A DNA stretch of 64,000 bases from Bacteroidota bacterium (GCA_016124755.1 WGNA01000004.1:36826-100825), one strand, 5' to 3'; counted from the first letter of the stretch, positions 18,822 to 29,573 are shown. A program made the numbers and translations. The notes: generated from the sequence alone by a model not told the origin.

Positions 18822-19967
18822 TTATTTCCCGGCTTTAAAAGTGTTCTGAAATATCCTTTGGTACAAATGGTAAAGGAGTTCAAATAAACTGTATCGCTGG
18901 TTATGATACCAACGCAGAAATTTTTTCCGCTTTTGAAGCTGCCAACGATTTTCCTTTAAAACATTTGTTGCGGGCCCGTACGAAATTTCATTTCCCGGAT
19001 TATTCCAGATCACGTTCAGCTCGGCAGGTTTAAAGTCGAGCCCAAAAGTTTTAACCGGATTTTTCATGGGTTTAATGGTCACCACATTTTTGGCGTGATA
19101 GAATTTCTTGGTGCCATTAAGATCGAATTCTGTAAAAACAGAATCCGGCAGCAGTTCTTTAAAACTTTCCGGTTCCAGTTCATACCACGCATCGTACTTG
19201 AGCAATGGTCGATTAGGAATTTTCGGAACATTGTCGTGCAGCGGTATATAGCATTGTGCGAGATGCCTGTCGTCTGTTCCCCTGAAATGCGCACCCTTTT
19301 CCCCGAATACCGTTAATCCGGAAATCACCGGAAACATTAAATACTTTTTGTTTGCAATTAGGTATTTCGTGAACCGCGATTCCCAGGCATGACTTCCATA
19401 ACTGTCGAGATGTGGAGGATAATCCAGATTAAAACTGTTGTGTTTGTTCTGTAACCAGTTATAACAATCGCCGGCCTGTTTGCCTGTCATGAACAAACCA
19501 TATGAAGAAATTCGAGTAAGTAAGTAATAACCATCGCCGCGATCAACCGGCTGAAAAGGCAACCGGGTTATCGGATGAAGACTGTAATTGTGAAGGCTGT
19601 ATCCGGCACAGTCAGCATCCGAATTAATAAATTCTTCCACAAGTCGGAAACCTCTTCGGGTAATATAATGATCGTCCTCTAAAAAGAGATTGAATGCATA
19701 ATCAGAAGCAAGTTTTAAACAGAATTCAACATGCTGATCAACGCCGAGATTGCGCTCCTGCCGGATTACTTTTTTTAAACCAAAAGGCCAGTTCCATTCT
19801 TCGAAAATGAAATCATGATCCGGATGATAGTTTCCGTCGAGACAAAGAGTTACATCTGCAACCGGATTGAGATTTTGACAGGAAGCATCAATTGATAGGA
19901 GCAATCGCCTGAATGATTCCGGGCGGTTGTAAGCAATCAGAATAATATGGAAAGGAGTGGTGCTCAA
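18822..19967 (-). CDS. GT-A fold glycosyltransferase (GT2-like)
   Basis: IAYNRPES..RLL, NLG and FLEDD motifs. Confidence 0.75.
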   Translation of the reverse strand: MSTTPFHIILIAYNRPESFRRLLLSIDASCQNLNPVADVTLCLDGNYHPDHDFIFEEWNWPFGLKKVIRQERNLGVDQHVEFCLKLASDYAFNLFLEDDHYITRRGFRLVEEFINSDADCAGYSLHNYSLHPITRLPFQPVDRGDGYYLLTRISSYGLFMTGKQAGDCYNWLQNKHNSFNLDYPPHLDSYGSHAWESRFTKYLIANKKYLMFPVISGLTVFGEKGAHFRGTDDRHLAQCYIPLHDNVPKIPNRPLLKYDAWYELEPESFKELLPDSVFTEFDLNGTKKFYHAKNVVTIKPMKNPVKTFGLDFKPAELNVIWNNPGNEISYGPATNVLKENRWQLQKRKKFLRWYHNQRYSLFELLYHLYQRIFQNTFKAGK

Positions 19968-20074
19968 TGCGGCAATATTACGATTTCAGTCCGCAAAAGA
20001 TTTTTAATAAAGTCTATCAATTGCTGAATTCCATAAATTATCATTCCCCAATTCATCTTAAGTGAGGTTTACAT

Positions 20075-20896
20075 TTGCAAACCACAAAAGCTTTGAATCA
20101 CCGAAAATTAAAATCAACCGGAATCTGGAAAATGGCAATCCGCATATTCCTTCGTTTGCTTGGAATACGGGATTTTTTAATCTGTAATTTTTCGCTTTTA
20201 AAGCTAAATGCGGAACTTCAAATTAATAAATGGAAAGGCAAGAAGAACGACGTAGTTGTAATAATTTCCACTACAAAAACGTATGCGGTAAAAACAATTC
20301 CCGACTTGATAAAGGGACTTATACATTCGGGTGTTTCGGAAAATGATATCGTGGTTTTTGAGGGAGGATGGGATGTCGGGGAAAAGGTATATTCCGGTTC
20401 TGTTCCGGTCTATCATTGTAATCATAATTCATTTGATTATACCGCATTAATCGGGATATTGGAAATTCGTTCGAACCGAAAATTTTGTTTTCTTCTACAC
20501 GATACGAGTGAAATTTATTCGGATCGTTTTTCTGATGTCTTGTATTATTCTTCACTTAAGGATGATGAATGCCGGTCGCTGAAAGAGCATCCTTCGATGA
20601 ATATTGGTTTTTATCCAATACGTGAATTAGCCCAGCAAGCAACAACTTTAAAGGAATTAACAAACCGGGATTATTCGGAATCCGGCCTGCAGAAATTTAA
20701 AAAAACGGCTGTTGAAAAAGAAGATTCTATTTTTTTAGAAATCAGGAATAAGCCGTTGGTGAAAAAATTTAATCCGGTTGAATTGCTCGTTAATTACGGA
20801 GTTTCGGAAAGAATATGTGAAACCTATCCGTATGCAGGTTTAAAGAAGTTTAAAGCTAATAACAAAAGATCTGATTATTATGAAATAGGTGTGTAG
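20075..20896 (+). CDS. Hypothetical protein, possibly GT-A-fold-like
   Basis: Long ORF with HNSFDYTAL and FLLHDT motifs. TTG start uncertain. Confidence 0.5.
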   Translation: MQTTKALNHRKLKSTGIWKMAIRIFLRLLGIRDFLICNFSLLKLNAELQINKWKGKKNDVVVIISTTKTYAVKTIPDLIKGLIHSGVSENDIVVFEGGWDVGEKVYSGSVPVYHCNHNSFDYTALIGILEIRSNRKFCFLLHDTSEIYSDRFSDVLYYSSLKDDECRSLKEHPSMNIGFYPIRELAQQATTLKELTNRDYSESGLQKFKKTAVEKEDSIFLEIRNKPLVKKFNPVELLVNYGVSERICETYPYAGLKKFKANNKRSDYYEIGV

Positions 20897-20908
20897 AAAT
20901 ACCAAAAG

Positions 20909-21333
20909 CGATCGGGCTTTTAGCATCTTCTAAATCAATTGGCTGGGAGTACCTGACTATGATTTTTGATTACAGGTTGCAGGCGAGATATGCTTATAAA
21001 AAATCATGTTTCAAAAAAACGGTCTGCAATGGGTACAACGCGTTTAGTTACTTGTGATGATCCGGTGATCAATTCGATTTGCGGCTTCGTCAAAAAGTGT
21101 TTATCATGCGCGGGAATAAGGGCTTAAGCCCTTTTATGCCTTCAAGTTTTGCTTTATTCTTTTCCGGCATTTCCACCTTGCGAGAACATCAAAATCCCAT
21201 TTCCGGCACTCGATACACGCGCCGATCGGGTTTTTATAACAGTCTAATTCAAAAGTCTTGGAGTAACCACAGCTATTTTTTGTTTATATGTTGCTGGTGA
21301 GACATACTCATGAAAAATCATGTTGCCCAAAAC
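20909..21333 (+). repeat. Degenerate ~110-bp direct repeat pair (20909-21020 and 21223-21333)
   Basis: Both copies share CGATCGGG..TCTAA.TCAA..GGAGT..GTTGC.GG.GAGA.AT.CT.AT.AAAAATCATGTT in the same order. Confidence 0.65.
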
Positions 21334-21356
21334 TATCCGTGATAGGTGTAATTTCT

Positions 21357-22196
21357 TTAGTCTAAAAAAGGTGATTGTCGATACAAGTTTTTCCGGTTTT
21401 TAATAGACGAATAATTTTTAAAATAAAAGGTAATCAGATGTCGGAATCCGGTACCGGAAAGTTTCCCTGTTATTCGATCATAAATAATTCGCGTCAACCA
21501 CAAATTTTGGTCACTCAAAGGATTCAACAGATTTCTTTTTAAATAAGCTTCGTGTTTTGTTTTATTATTTCTAAGCGTTGATGGTGAGGATTTATGAATG
21601 ATGACGGGTTCGGTAACCACTTTCAATCCAAACCCTAGCAGCAACAGGCGATCGCAATAGTTGTGATCTTCTCCGTAATGGAAGAAGAACGGGTCAAAAC
21701 CACCGGTCTTTCGAATAATATCTGTCGGTAGAAACCAGGCGATGGCTGGAATAAAATTCAGGGATTTTGTTGAATCCGTAATTCCGGCTTTACTAAATTC
21801 TTCGTCGGTTTGATGATCATTATTCAAAACCATCGGACTTAAAACGCAATTCGGATTATTTATTCCCGCATTCACCAAATATTGAATGGCTTCTTTCTCT
21901 AAAACGGTGTCTTGATTTAATAAAAAAACGAAGTCGTAGTTCTCGTGAATCGATTTTATGAGACCTTTATTTGCCGCTCGTCCGAACCCCAGATTCCTTT
22001 CATTTAAAATGCATTCGACATTCATAAACTTGCGTGCAACCGAAACCGTGTTATCCTCAGATTGGTTATCGATAAGTAAAATTTGAATTTCAATACCGGA
22101 ACCGGTTTGAGATTCGAAGGATTTCAGGCAATCACCAATATCTCTTTCCCCGTTAAAAGAAACGATTACAACAAGTATCCGGGTTTTTCTCATCAA
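21357..22196 (-). CDS. Glycosyltransferase family 2
   Basis: VIVSFN, IDNQSED, NLGFGRAANKG, LLNQD and GGFDPFFFHYGED motifs. Confidence 0.93.
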   Translation of the reverse strand: MMRKTRILVVIVSFNGERDIGDCLKSFESQTGSGIEIQILLIDNQSEDNTVSVARKFMNVECILNERNLGFGRAANKGLIKSIHENYDFVFLLNQDTVLEKEAIQYLVNAGINNPNCVLSPMVLNNDHQTDEEFSKAGITDSTKSLNFIPAIAWFLPTDIIRKTGGFDPFFFHYGEDHNYCDRLLLLGFGLKVVTEPVIIHKSSPSTLRNNKTKHEAYLKRNLLNPLSDQNLWLTRIIYDRITGKLSGTGFRHLITFYFKNYSSIKNRKNLYRQSPFLD

Positions 22197-25100
22197 CGGC
22201 TGATGTACAACTTGCCATAACCATCCGTGAAATAGGTTGCAAGTCTGTCGTCTTGTGATTTGTCAACGTCTTTAATATCGAACCGATAGAGATATACTCC
22301 GTTCGCCAGTCTGTCGCCAAAGTCATCTGTTCCGTCAAATACAAACTGACTCAATTGCGGTCCGTAACTAAGTGCTCCGAATTCGTCCTGATCTATACTC
22401 CGAACCAGTTTTCCGGTGATCGTGTAAATATTTAACAGATATCGGGTTGGCAAAACTCTTCCGCTAAAATTATAGGCAAACCTACATTGGTTTACCATCG
22501 GATTGGGATACGGAAGTAATTCGGTTATTTCATTTTTATCGCTCACTTCAAAATCAATAGCGTATTTGGTTTTGAGGTTTTGATTGTCGGTTCCGGGCGA
22601 GTACAGAATAACCTGTATGGTATATTTTCCTGCACTTAAATTATTAAAACTAAATTGAAAGGTGGAAGGATCAGAGCCATTTTCCGCCACAAAATCAATG
22701 GCGGTATTCGTTGCAGAAATTGTATCGGTTTTCGAAGTGGATTTTTTAATCAGATATACGCTGTAATAATTTTCCTCATCAATTTTTAGATTCGGATGGT
22801 TCGACTTGCCAAGTATATTAATGCGGGCGTTCGGATTAATAATTTGTCCGTTAATGATTTGTTGATTGTCGAAATAGACTTCCAGTTGTGGTTTAAAATG
22901 ATTCGGAGCAACATAAATTTCGTTCAGCACGCCGTTGTTCGAAAGATCTTTTTCCGGTTGAATTCCACCGGGATTAAAAATCGTAATAATCTGATGATTT
23001 CCTTCGATTTCAACATTTGGGTACTGATGCTTAAAATGCACGGAATCACCGGCACTTATTTTACGGAGCGTATCCCGGCTGGTAACCGGCGCAGAACCGT
23101 AAAAAGTCTGAGAACGATCTACCACAACACTGTCAAGCGGAAGAGCGGATATGTTGTAGAATACAGAATTAACCGTGTAATTTCCACCGATGTCAAAGGT
23201 GTCATTCGCCGGTGTTTCAGAATATGCAAAACCATCGGGGAAGCCGGTAAACCGAACCGTCCATCTTTCTATCTCAATCGGAGTTCTTTTCCTTTCGTCG
23301 TAAACATTCACTACGAGATACACCTTTGGATATTTGGCGGCATCCACTTCAGAAAGATCCACAACACTTTCGTTAAAATCTCCGTAGGCAACCAGATTTT
23401 CAATTCCGGATGTGTCAATTCCGAAAACATTTAATTCAAATTCATCCGAACTGTTATCACTCATCCCATGGAATTCTGCCGAGCCCCAGGATTTTGCAGG
23501 TCCGAAAACACGACTCTTATATGTGCCGGAAGTTTCCAACGGATACACTGCGCTAGTATAGGTTATAATCTGACTTTCGGGAGGAGTGGATAAGTCGGTA
23601 AGGTCGGCAGTTACTTCAATTCCTTCACCTGGATTTAGAGATTGTTTGCCATGGAAGATGTAGGGATAATCTTCTTTAAGCGAACGGATTTTTGAAGCCC
23701 CGAGATTTTCAAAAGCAACAAACAAATCTTCGGACCAGTCAACGATTCCGGTTTTGCCTTCATTCATCACAAAAATTTCGAAATCACCCGGTATTCCATT
23801 TAAGAAATCTCTGAGTGAATCCCGGTCTGCAGCAATAGTTGTATTAAACCGGTACAAACAACTCAGACTGTCTTTGCCGAGATATCTGTCTGTATTAAAT
23901 GCGGGATCCCACGGAGCCGGACTCACCTGATTAAAGGTGTTTTTCTTTAAATAAAAACTACCGTCGTTCCGGTTTATGGCAAATACATTAAGCCCCGGCA
24001 TGGTTCCCCACACACCCATATAAAGAATACTGGTATACGTTGCTTGTGTGCTGAACCAATAGGAAAGATTGGTTCCGGAAGTATACAGCCAGATCGGTGG
24101 AGTAACCCTTCGAGTGAACTCCATCTTCCCAGATTTCGGGTTTAAATAAATACGGTCGTGAAGATTGTTGTTGAACTTTTCAAAGTAGCCCTGAGACAAT
24201 CCCGGCGTGGATCCAAATAAATACGCGAATGTTGTTACCGCAGTGTCGCCGGTTTGCGTGTTTACGATTGCAACATAAAAATCGGTTTTATTAAACGGTG
24301 GAATCTGAAGCTTATACGAATTCAAAACTTCAGAAGCATTAAATGTATATTCCGTCGGCACTCCGTTGAATGCGGAAGTAGTATCAATAATTAATTTATA
24401 TGGAATCGGATTTTCGGGTTTGTAATATTCGGTAAACCAGATTTTAACTTCTGAGGTCGAAACAATTTCATCTAATTCGGGAGCAATTATTTCTAATTTA
24501 TTTTTCCGGATAAAGATGTCTTTGAAAGTGATGTTGTTCTGTTCGCCGTCAATTCCGTATTCGGCAATGGTGTTGAACGGATCAATTAAAATCACAACGC
24601 GGTTTATTCCTCCGATTAATTTGTGCCGGTCTACAGATATAACTACATTGTCTTCGGTTGTAAAACCGGGAACAACCGATGTGTCGCGGCTTAATGTGTC
24701 GCTGCCGTTTAGCAAAAAAGTAATGGCCGTAAAAGAATCGTACGTAACCTTTCCCTGATTAAAAACCTTGTATTCGATATTGAATGAGTTCAGATCTCCG
24801 GTTGAAGTATTTATAGAAATGGTGGAGGCATCAGAATAAAAATCGGGTTTGTCCGGACTATAAAACCTCACTGCCGGATCTCCATGCAACAACATAACTC
24901 GCGAATGTGTAATGTTATAATCGTCGGAGAGATTCATATTATCAGCGATTGCATTTTGCATGATTTCACCGAGTGTTTTTCCGTAACTTTTGCGAAAGGC
25001 ATTGAGATGAAAATTCCGGCAAATGCTGTTCAGAGCGGCGGTATAACCATAATATGATCCTGCAATCCAGGCGATGGCTCCTCGATCAGGTGTAAAAAGA

Positions 25101-27115
25101 AATTCCTCGCAAAGTGTTGGATCCTGTGTAAAGGTATTTCCTAAAATACATCCGTTAAAAAAATAAACCGGATATCGGTTGAGGTTGTGATATTCTTCGG
25201 CTTTTCCCATATCAACCTCCGTAATGGTACTGGCACCATGACCAAAATAGTTTACCATATTAACCCCTTCATCAACGGTTGAGGTTATTTTTTCAATGAG
25301 ACTTTCATCAACGGTTAAAGCAGATTCTTTAGAAAATAAACGGGTGGTTCCGCCAAAAGAATCGGAGGCAATAATTTTTCCGTAATCACTAAGATAGCCG
25401 ACCATTTTTACGTTTTCAGCTTCGTCGATTCCTCCGGCAATCTGCATTATTCGCTTTGACGTTATCGGATATAAATCGTGTGCTTTAACCTTTGTGAGAT
25501 AATCGGTGATTTCCTGATTGGTGGTTGCGGGGACTCTACCGGTTGCCATAGACGGTCTTAAATCACTCTGGTCTAATGGAGAAGTGAAAAGATAATCGGA
25601 TGGAGGATATCCGAGAGTCGGTACCAAATCGGAATAAGTGCGAACCGTGTAATTGCTAACTACGTCAACATAGTTTCTCGCTTTACCCAATAAAAGCAGG
25701 AATTCGGGTTTGGTTGCTTGTCGGTCTGACATATAATGAATCCAGTTTCTCAATGCGAGTGGATGATGGATTCCGTAATAAAATTCATCGTACAGCTCAT
25801 CGGCATAAGCCAGTCCCACAACATAAGACCCGCCATCAGACGATTCCCGGTATTTACGATATTCCTGAGCTCCGCTGTCTAATGTAGAATTGCTGATCAT
25901 GAGATACGAAATATCTGTTGGCTCTGATGAATAATCGCGGAAAGTCACCGGTAGAACCGTAACAATCTGAATCGCATCTGCTGCATCCGCAATAAAAATC
26001 TGATCTCCGGGATTCGGGTTACATCGAAACCGGAGCGCCTTTACATTCTTAACTCCGGTTGAAGATTCACCGGTGGTGAGGTTATAAATTCTGGGAGCCG
26101 TTTTGGTAGTCGGGTAATTGGCGAATTCCACCATCGTATTGGAAGTCTGAGCAGTAAACCGGAAAGGGGTGCTGCTTCCCAGATCGAATTTTCTCGGATA
26201 ATCCATTTCAACCACCGAAACATAATGCCGGTCAATCGAGTTGGCCAGCGAGCGGAACCGGAAAGCGGTTGGAGACAAGACATACGTTTTGGGAATGGTG
26301 ATATCTCCGGATCGAACCACGTTGTATCCACGATGTCGTTTAGAATAAATAATATTTTCCTTTCCCTTCACCACAATGGCCATTTGAAATTCATGGTTGT
26401 TCCCGTCTGCTCCGTAATCCGTTGGATCATTAGTGCTGATGGCTTCTACCCGTACAACCGGTGCCGGCCCCGCACTGTCGTAATAAGGTGTTACCATGCT
26501 GTAATTTCTGGGGCTTGACACTACAGCTCCACTTACGAAACCTTCACCGCGGGTGTATTCGGCGTAACTCCCGAGTTCTGCATATCGAATTCCGTCGAAC
26601 CAACTTCCGCTCACCCACCAATACAAAGAAGAGGTGTACTGAAACCGGGCGTCCGGAGCTAAACCTGTGAAGTCGGTATTGGAGTTTTGCTGAAAACGTT
26701 TTCCGGGTGTGGAAGTGGTCCATGTAAGGAAATAAACGGTACTGTCCTGATAAAAACTGGTGTATGAATGAGCGCGTTCATCGAGATTTCTCCACAACGG
26801 AGCATCCAGTTCACCGTCGTTGTAATATCCGTAAAACTCAATAAAGTCGGTCGGGTCAAATGTTCCGTCAGATTCACCTTCAATGAGAATGAACTGTTCT
26901 TTTCCGTTGTGAAAGATCTGAATGTTTCTCGGATCAATAGACGCAAGCGGTACCCCGGCATCGGTAAGAGTGGAATAACTGAGACGGTAAAGTCCCTCCT
27001 TATTGGTTTTAAATTTAAAGTAAGTCTGATTGTAATTGATCCACTCGTTGCCGTATTGGGCATTTGCCAGTGAACAAATCAGAAATCCAAGTAGTAAAAA
27101 GGTACACCGTTTCAT
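22193..27115 (-). CDS. Peptidase C25 (gingipain/PorU-like, PorU2-type) with ILEI-like, CARDB-like and C-terminal T9SS/FlgD-like domains
   Basis: YGNEWINY N-terminus, LYDEFYYG, LLLLG, SDY, GRVPA, catalytic YFGHG and FNGC, LHGDPA, and YPNP...IYTITGKLV...DGTDDFGDRLANGVYLY. Likely ATG at 27115. Confidence 0.85.
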   Translation of the reverse strand: MKRCTFLLLGFLICSLANAQYGNEWINYNQTYFKFKTNKEGLYRLSYSTLTDAGVPLASIDPRNIQIFHNGKEQFILIEGESDGTFDPTDFIEFYGYYNDGELDAPLWRNLDERAHSYTSFYQDSTVYFLTWTTSTPGKRFQQNSNTDFTGLAPDARFQYTSSLYWWVSGSWFDGIRYAELGSYAEYTRGEGFVSGAVVSSPRNYSMVTPYYDSAGPAPVVRVEAISTNDPTDYGADGNNHEFQMAIVVKGKENIIYSKRHRGYNVVRSGDITIPKTYVLSPTAFRFRSLANSIDRHYVSVVEMDYPRKFDLGSSTPFRFTAQTSNTMVEFANYPTTKTAPRIYNLTTGESSTGVKNVKALRFRCNPNPGDQIFIADAADAIQIVTVLPVTFRDYSSEPTDISYLMISNSTLDSGAQEYRKYRESSDGGSYVVGLAYADELYDEFYYGIHHPLALRNWIHYMSDRQATKPEFLLLLGKARNYVDVVSNYTVRTYSDLVPTLGYPPSDYLFTSPLDQSDLRPSMATGRVPATTNQEITDYLTKVKAHDLYPITSKRIMQIAGGIDEAENVKMVGYLSDYGKIIASDSFGGTTRLFSKESALTVDESLIEKITSTVDEGVNMVNYFGHGASTITEVDMGKAEEYHNLNRYPVYFFNGCILGNTFTQDPTLCEEFLFTPDRGAIAWIAGSYYGYTAALNSICRNFHLNAFRKSYGKTLGEIMQNAIADNMNLSDDYNITHSRVMLLHGDPAVRFYSPDKPDFYSDASTISINTSTGDLNSFNIEYKVFNQGKVTYDSFTAITFLLNGSDTLSRDTSVVPGFTTEDNVVISVDRHKLIGGINRVVILIDPFNTIAEYGIDGEQNNITFKDIFIRKNKLEIIAPELDEIVSTSEVKIWFTEYYKPENPIPYKLIIDTTSAFNGVPTEYTFNASEVLNSYKLQIPPFNKTDFYVAIVNTQTGDTAVTTFAYLFGSTPGLSQGYFEKFNNNLHDRIYLNPKSGKMEFTRRVTPPIWLYTSGTNLSYWFSTQATYTSILYMGVWGTMPGLNVFAINRNDGSFYLKKNTFNQVSPAPWDPAFNTDRYLGKDSLSCLYRFNTTIAADRDSLRDFLNGIPGDFEIFVMNEGKTGIVDWSEDLFVAFENLGASKIRSLKEDYPYIFHGKQSLNPGEGIEVTADLTDLSTPPESQIITYTSAVYPLETSGTYKSRVFGPAKSWGSAEFHGMSDNSSDEFELNVFGIDTSGIENLVAYGDFNESVVDLSEVDAAKYPKVYLVVNVYDERKRTPIEIERWTVRFTGFPDGFAYSETPANDTFDIGGNYTVNSVFYNISALPLDSVVVDRSQTFYGSAPVTSRDTLRKISAGDSVHFKHQYPNVEIEGNHQIITIFNPGGIQPEKDLSNNGVLNEIYVAPNHFKPQLEVYFDNQQIINGQIINPNARINILGKSNHPNLKIDEENYYSVYLIKKSTSKTDTISATNTAIDFVAENGSDPSTFQFSFNNLSAGKYTIQVILYSPGTDNQNLKTKYAIDFEVSDKNEITELLPYPNPMVNQCRFAYNFSGRVLPTRYLLNIYTITGKLVRSIDQDEFGALSYGPQLSQFVFDGTDDFGDRLANGVYLYRFDIKDVDKSQDDRLATYFTDGYGKLYISR

Positions 27116-27263
27116 ACCTCGAAATTGTATTTTAACTATCGAAAATACTAAAAGAAGCATTGCTCAACTATTCTCAAATCGCGCGGGTTGTCTATTATTT
27201 CAGAAAGATGATGTCATTTTATTTACGGATGAAATCCTCCCGTTTTTAGAGAGCTATTAATTC

Positions 27264-27271
27264 TATTTTTG
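27264..27271 (+). promoter_or_regulatory. -7 promoter element (TATTTTTG) for scoAB
   Basis: TAnnTTTG consensus 19 nt before ATG 27290. Confidence 0.55.
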
Positions 27272-27289
27272 TCGGCAAATCACAGTGAG

Positions 27290-27985
27290 ATGAATAAGGT
27301 AGTTGCCAATGCCGATGAGGCTGTTCGCGATATTAAAGACGGAATGACACTGATGTTGGGCGGTTTCGGTTTGTGCGGAATTCCCGAAAATAGCATTGCC
27401 GCATTAGTTCGTATGGGAGTGAAAAATCTTACGTGCATTTCGAACAATGCAGGAGTAGATGATTTCGGAATCGGACTGATGTTGAAAACACGTCAGGTGA
27501 AGAAAATGATCAGTTCGTATGTGGGAGAAAACGATGAATTCGAAAGACAACTACTAAGCGGAGAACTGGAAGTAGAACTCATTCCGCAAGGGACACTCGC
27601 AGAAAGATGCCGGGCAGCCGGAGCGGGAATACCGGCTTTTTTTACACCGGCAGGTTACGGAACCGAAGTCGCCGAAGGCAAGGAAGTTCGCGAATTCAAC
27701 GGAAAGATGTATTTGCTCGAACATGCTTTTGATTCAGACTTTGCGATCGTAAAAGCCTGGAAAGGTGACACCGATGGCAATCTTATATTTAAGGGAACAG
27801 CCCGAAACTTTAACCCGATGATGGCTATGGCAGGAAAGATTACCATCGCCGAAGTGGAAGAACTTCTGGAACCCGGAGAACTCGCTGCAAACGAAATTCA
27901 CGTTCCGGGGATTTTTGTCAACAAGATCTTTAAAGGTGTGAACTACGAAAAGCGAATTGAACAAAGAACCGTTCGTCAGAACTGA
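27290..27985 (+). CDS. scoA: Succinyl-CoA:3-oxoacid CoA-transferase subunit A
   Basis: [30 protein letters not shown] and ARNFNP motifs. Confidence 0.93.
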   Translation: MNKVVANADEAVRDIKDGMTLMLGGFGLCGIPENSIAALVRMGVKNLTCISNNAGVDDFGIGLMLKTRQVKKMISSYVGENDEFERQLLSGELEVELIPQGTLAERCRAAGAGIPAFFTPAGYGTEVAEGKEVREFNGKMYLLEHAFDSDFAIVKAWKGDTDGNLIFKGTARNFNPMMAMAGKITIAEVEELLEPGELAANEIHVPGIFVNKIFKGVNYEKRIEQRTVRQN

Positions 27986-28026
27986 TACTTTTAATTCTAA
28001 ATCACTAATTATTTAATCAAACCCGG

Positions 28027-28680
28027 ATGTTGGATAAAAACGGAATCGCAAAACGAATTGCCCGAGAACTCAAAGACGGATATTATGTAAACCTCGGAAT
28101 AGGTGTTCCCACACTGGTTGCTAATTATATTCCGGAAGGGATGCATGTAACACTTCAATCGGAAAACGGATTGCTCGGCATGGGACCTTTCCCAACCGAA
28201 GCGGAGGTAGATCCGGATCTCATTAATGCAGGAAAGCAAACGGTAACCACTTTACCCGGATCCTCATTTTTTGATTCGGCCACCAGTTTCGGAATGATCC
28301 GAAGTGGTCGGGTAGATCTTACGGTTTTGGGTGCAATGGAAATCAACGATCGCGGTGACATTGCCAACTGGAAAATTCCGGGTAAAATGGTGAAAGGAAT
28401 GGGAGGGGCAATGGATCTTGTTGCTTCTGCTAAAAACATTATTGTTGCCATGATGCACACCAATAAAGCCGGCGAATCCAAGTTGTTGACTGAATGCACC
28501 TTGCCCATCACCGGATTGGGTTGTGTTAAAAAAGTGGTAACTGATCTCTGTGTTATGGATATCACCGACCGGGGTTTTGAATTAAAAGAACTCGCTCCGG
28601 GTGTAACGGTGGAAATGGTGAAGAATGCTACGGCAGGTAGATTGGTAGTGGAAGGAGAAATTCCAACCATGGAGATTTAA
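28027..28680 (+). CDS. scoB: Succinyl-CoA:3-oxoacid CoA-transferase subunit B
   Basis: VNLGIG.PT, catalytic QSENG, DLINAGKQ and KGMGGAMDLV motifs. Confidence 0.93.
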   Translation: MLDKNGIAKRIARELKDGYYVNLGIGVPTLVANYIPEGMHVTLQSENGLLGMGPFPTEAEVDPDLINAGKQTVTTLPGSSFFDSATSFGMIRSGRVDLTVLGAMEINDRGDIANWKIPGKMVKGMGGAMDLVASAKNIIVAMMHTNKAGESKLLTECTLPITGLGCVKKVVTDLCVMDITDRGFELKELAPGVTVEMVKNATAGRLVVEGEIPTMEI

Positions 28681-29541
28681 TTAAAATATTTTTTGTAAAA
28701 TTCCCATTCGGCCATCCGCATAAACTTCCTTCCATTTGGAGGAATCATGGTTTGTATAAACAGATTTTATCGCAGGCCAGTTTTCGTCCACATCATCAAG
28801 TGCCAGCCAACCATCTTGTTTCAGCAATTGGAGGCAATAACCCATTTCCTGATTCAGATAGGAAGCGTTGTGGTTTCCATCCAGAAGAATCAGGTCGAAC
28901 TGTTCCGGTATCATTCGGGCTAATGCAGCCAATTGGTGAGAAGGGGCAAATTCATTTTCAAAGTGAATCTCCGGATTGTAATCACCCGAATAATTGCGGC
29001 CGTCGTTGCTCAAAGATTTGTGAAGAGAATAACCGTGCAGCCACAAAACATTTTCATTTAGTTGGTAATGTTCCATTAAGTGTTGGGCTATTTTGTTTGG
29101 GCGTTCTACTCCTCGGTGTGGAATATCAGGATCGATGGTAACTACCTGAACATGTAATCCGTTTTTCTTTAAGCCATACACCAAAGAAGACAGTGAAATG
29201 CCGACGAAGTTTCCAACATGTAACAGTTTTACTTCCCTCTTTCCTTCTGAACCAAAGGAATCGACAAGTCTTAAAATATTCTGCTCCGGAATACTCCCCG
29301 TCCGAATCTGAGTTTCTGGAATTCCTTTTCCCATCAACCAATGTATGGCTTCTTCGTAAGAGTATTTTGAATCGTGATTCTGGTTTCGTGCCGATTCTTT
29401 CTCCCTTTCGAACTGATTTTTATCAACCAGAAGTGATTCTTCCAATCGCGATTGCATCAGCTTTGTGCGGCGCCGACTGTCGATAAACAACACCAGCCGG
29501 TGGGGAAGTAAAGATTTGATAAATCTCAGTATGGATCTCAT
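28681..29541 (-). CDS. Class I SAM-dependent methyltransferase (Methyltransf_24-like)
   Basis: LHVGNFVGIS, TIDP, FDLILLDGNH and GWLALDD motifs. Confidence 0.75.
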   Translation of the reverse strand: MRSILRFIKSLLPHRLVLFIDSRRRTKLMQSRLEESLLVDKNQFEREKESARNQNHDSKYSYEEAIHWLMGKGIPETQIRTGSIPEQNILRLVDSFGSEGKREVKLLHVGNFVGISLSSLVYGLKKNGLHVQVVTIDPDIPHRGVERPNKIAQHLMEHYQLNENVLWLHGYSLHKSLSNDGRNYSGDYNPEIHFENEFAPSHQLAALARMIPEQFDLILLDGNHNASYLNQEMGYCLQLLKQDGWLALDDVDENWPAIKSVYTNHDSSKWKEVYADGRMGILQKIF

Positions 29542-29565
29542 TGGTGATTATGGTGATATAGCCCT

Positions 29566-29573
29566 TAATTTTG
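29566..29573 (+). promoter_or_regulatory. -7 promoter element (TAATTTTG) for mdh
   Basis: TAnnTTTG consensus upstream of mdh. Confidence 0.55.

Noticed and set aside
18819-18824. Zero-gap convergent stop codons (also 28680/28681)
   Set aside because: Common in compact Bacteroidota genomes, so no special function is needed.
21079-21300. 73-aa ORF between the degenerate direct repeats
   Set aside because: TTG start, no motif, and it overlaps one repeat copy.
22796-23434. Long antisense ORFs inside large genes (also 4408-4908, 28155-28670, 39319-39780, 42592-43050)
   Set aside because: Shadow frames of well-supported genes, with no recognisable motifs.
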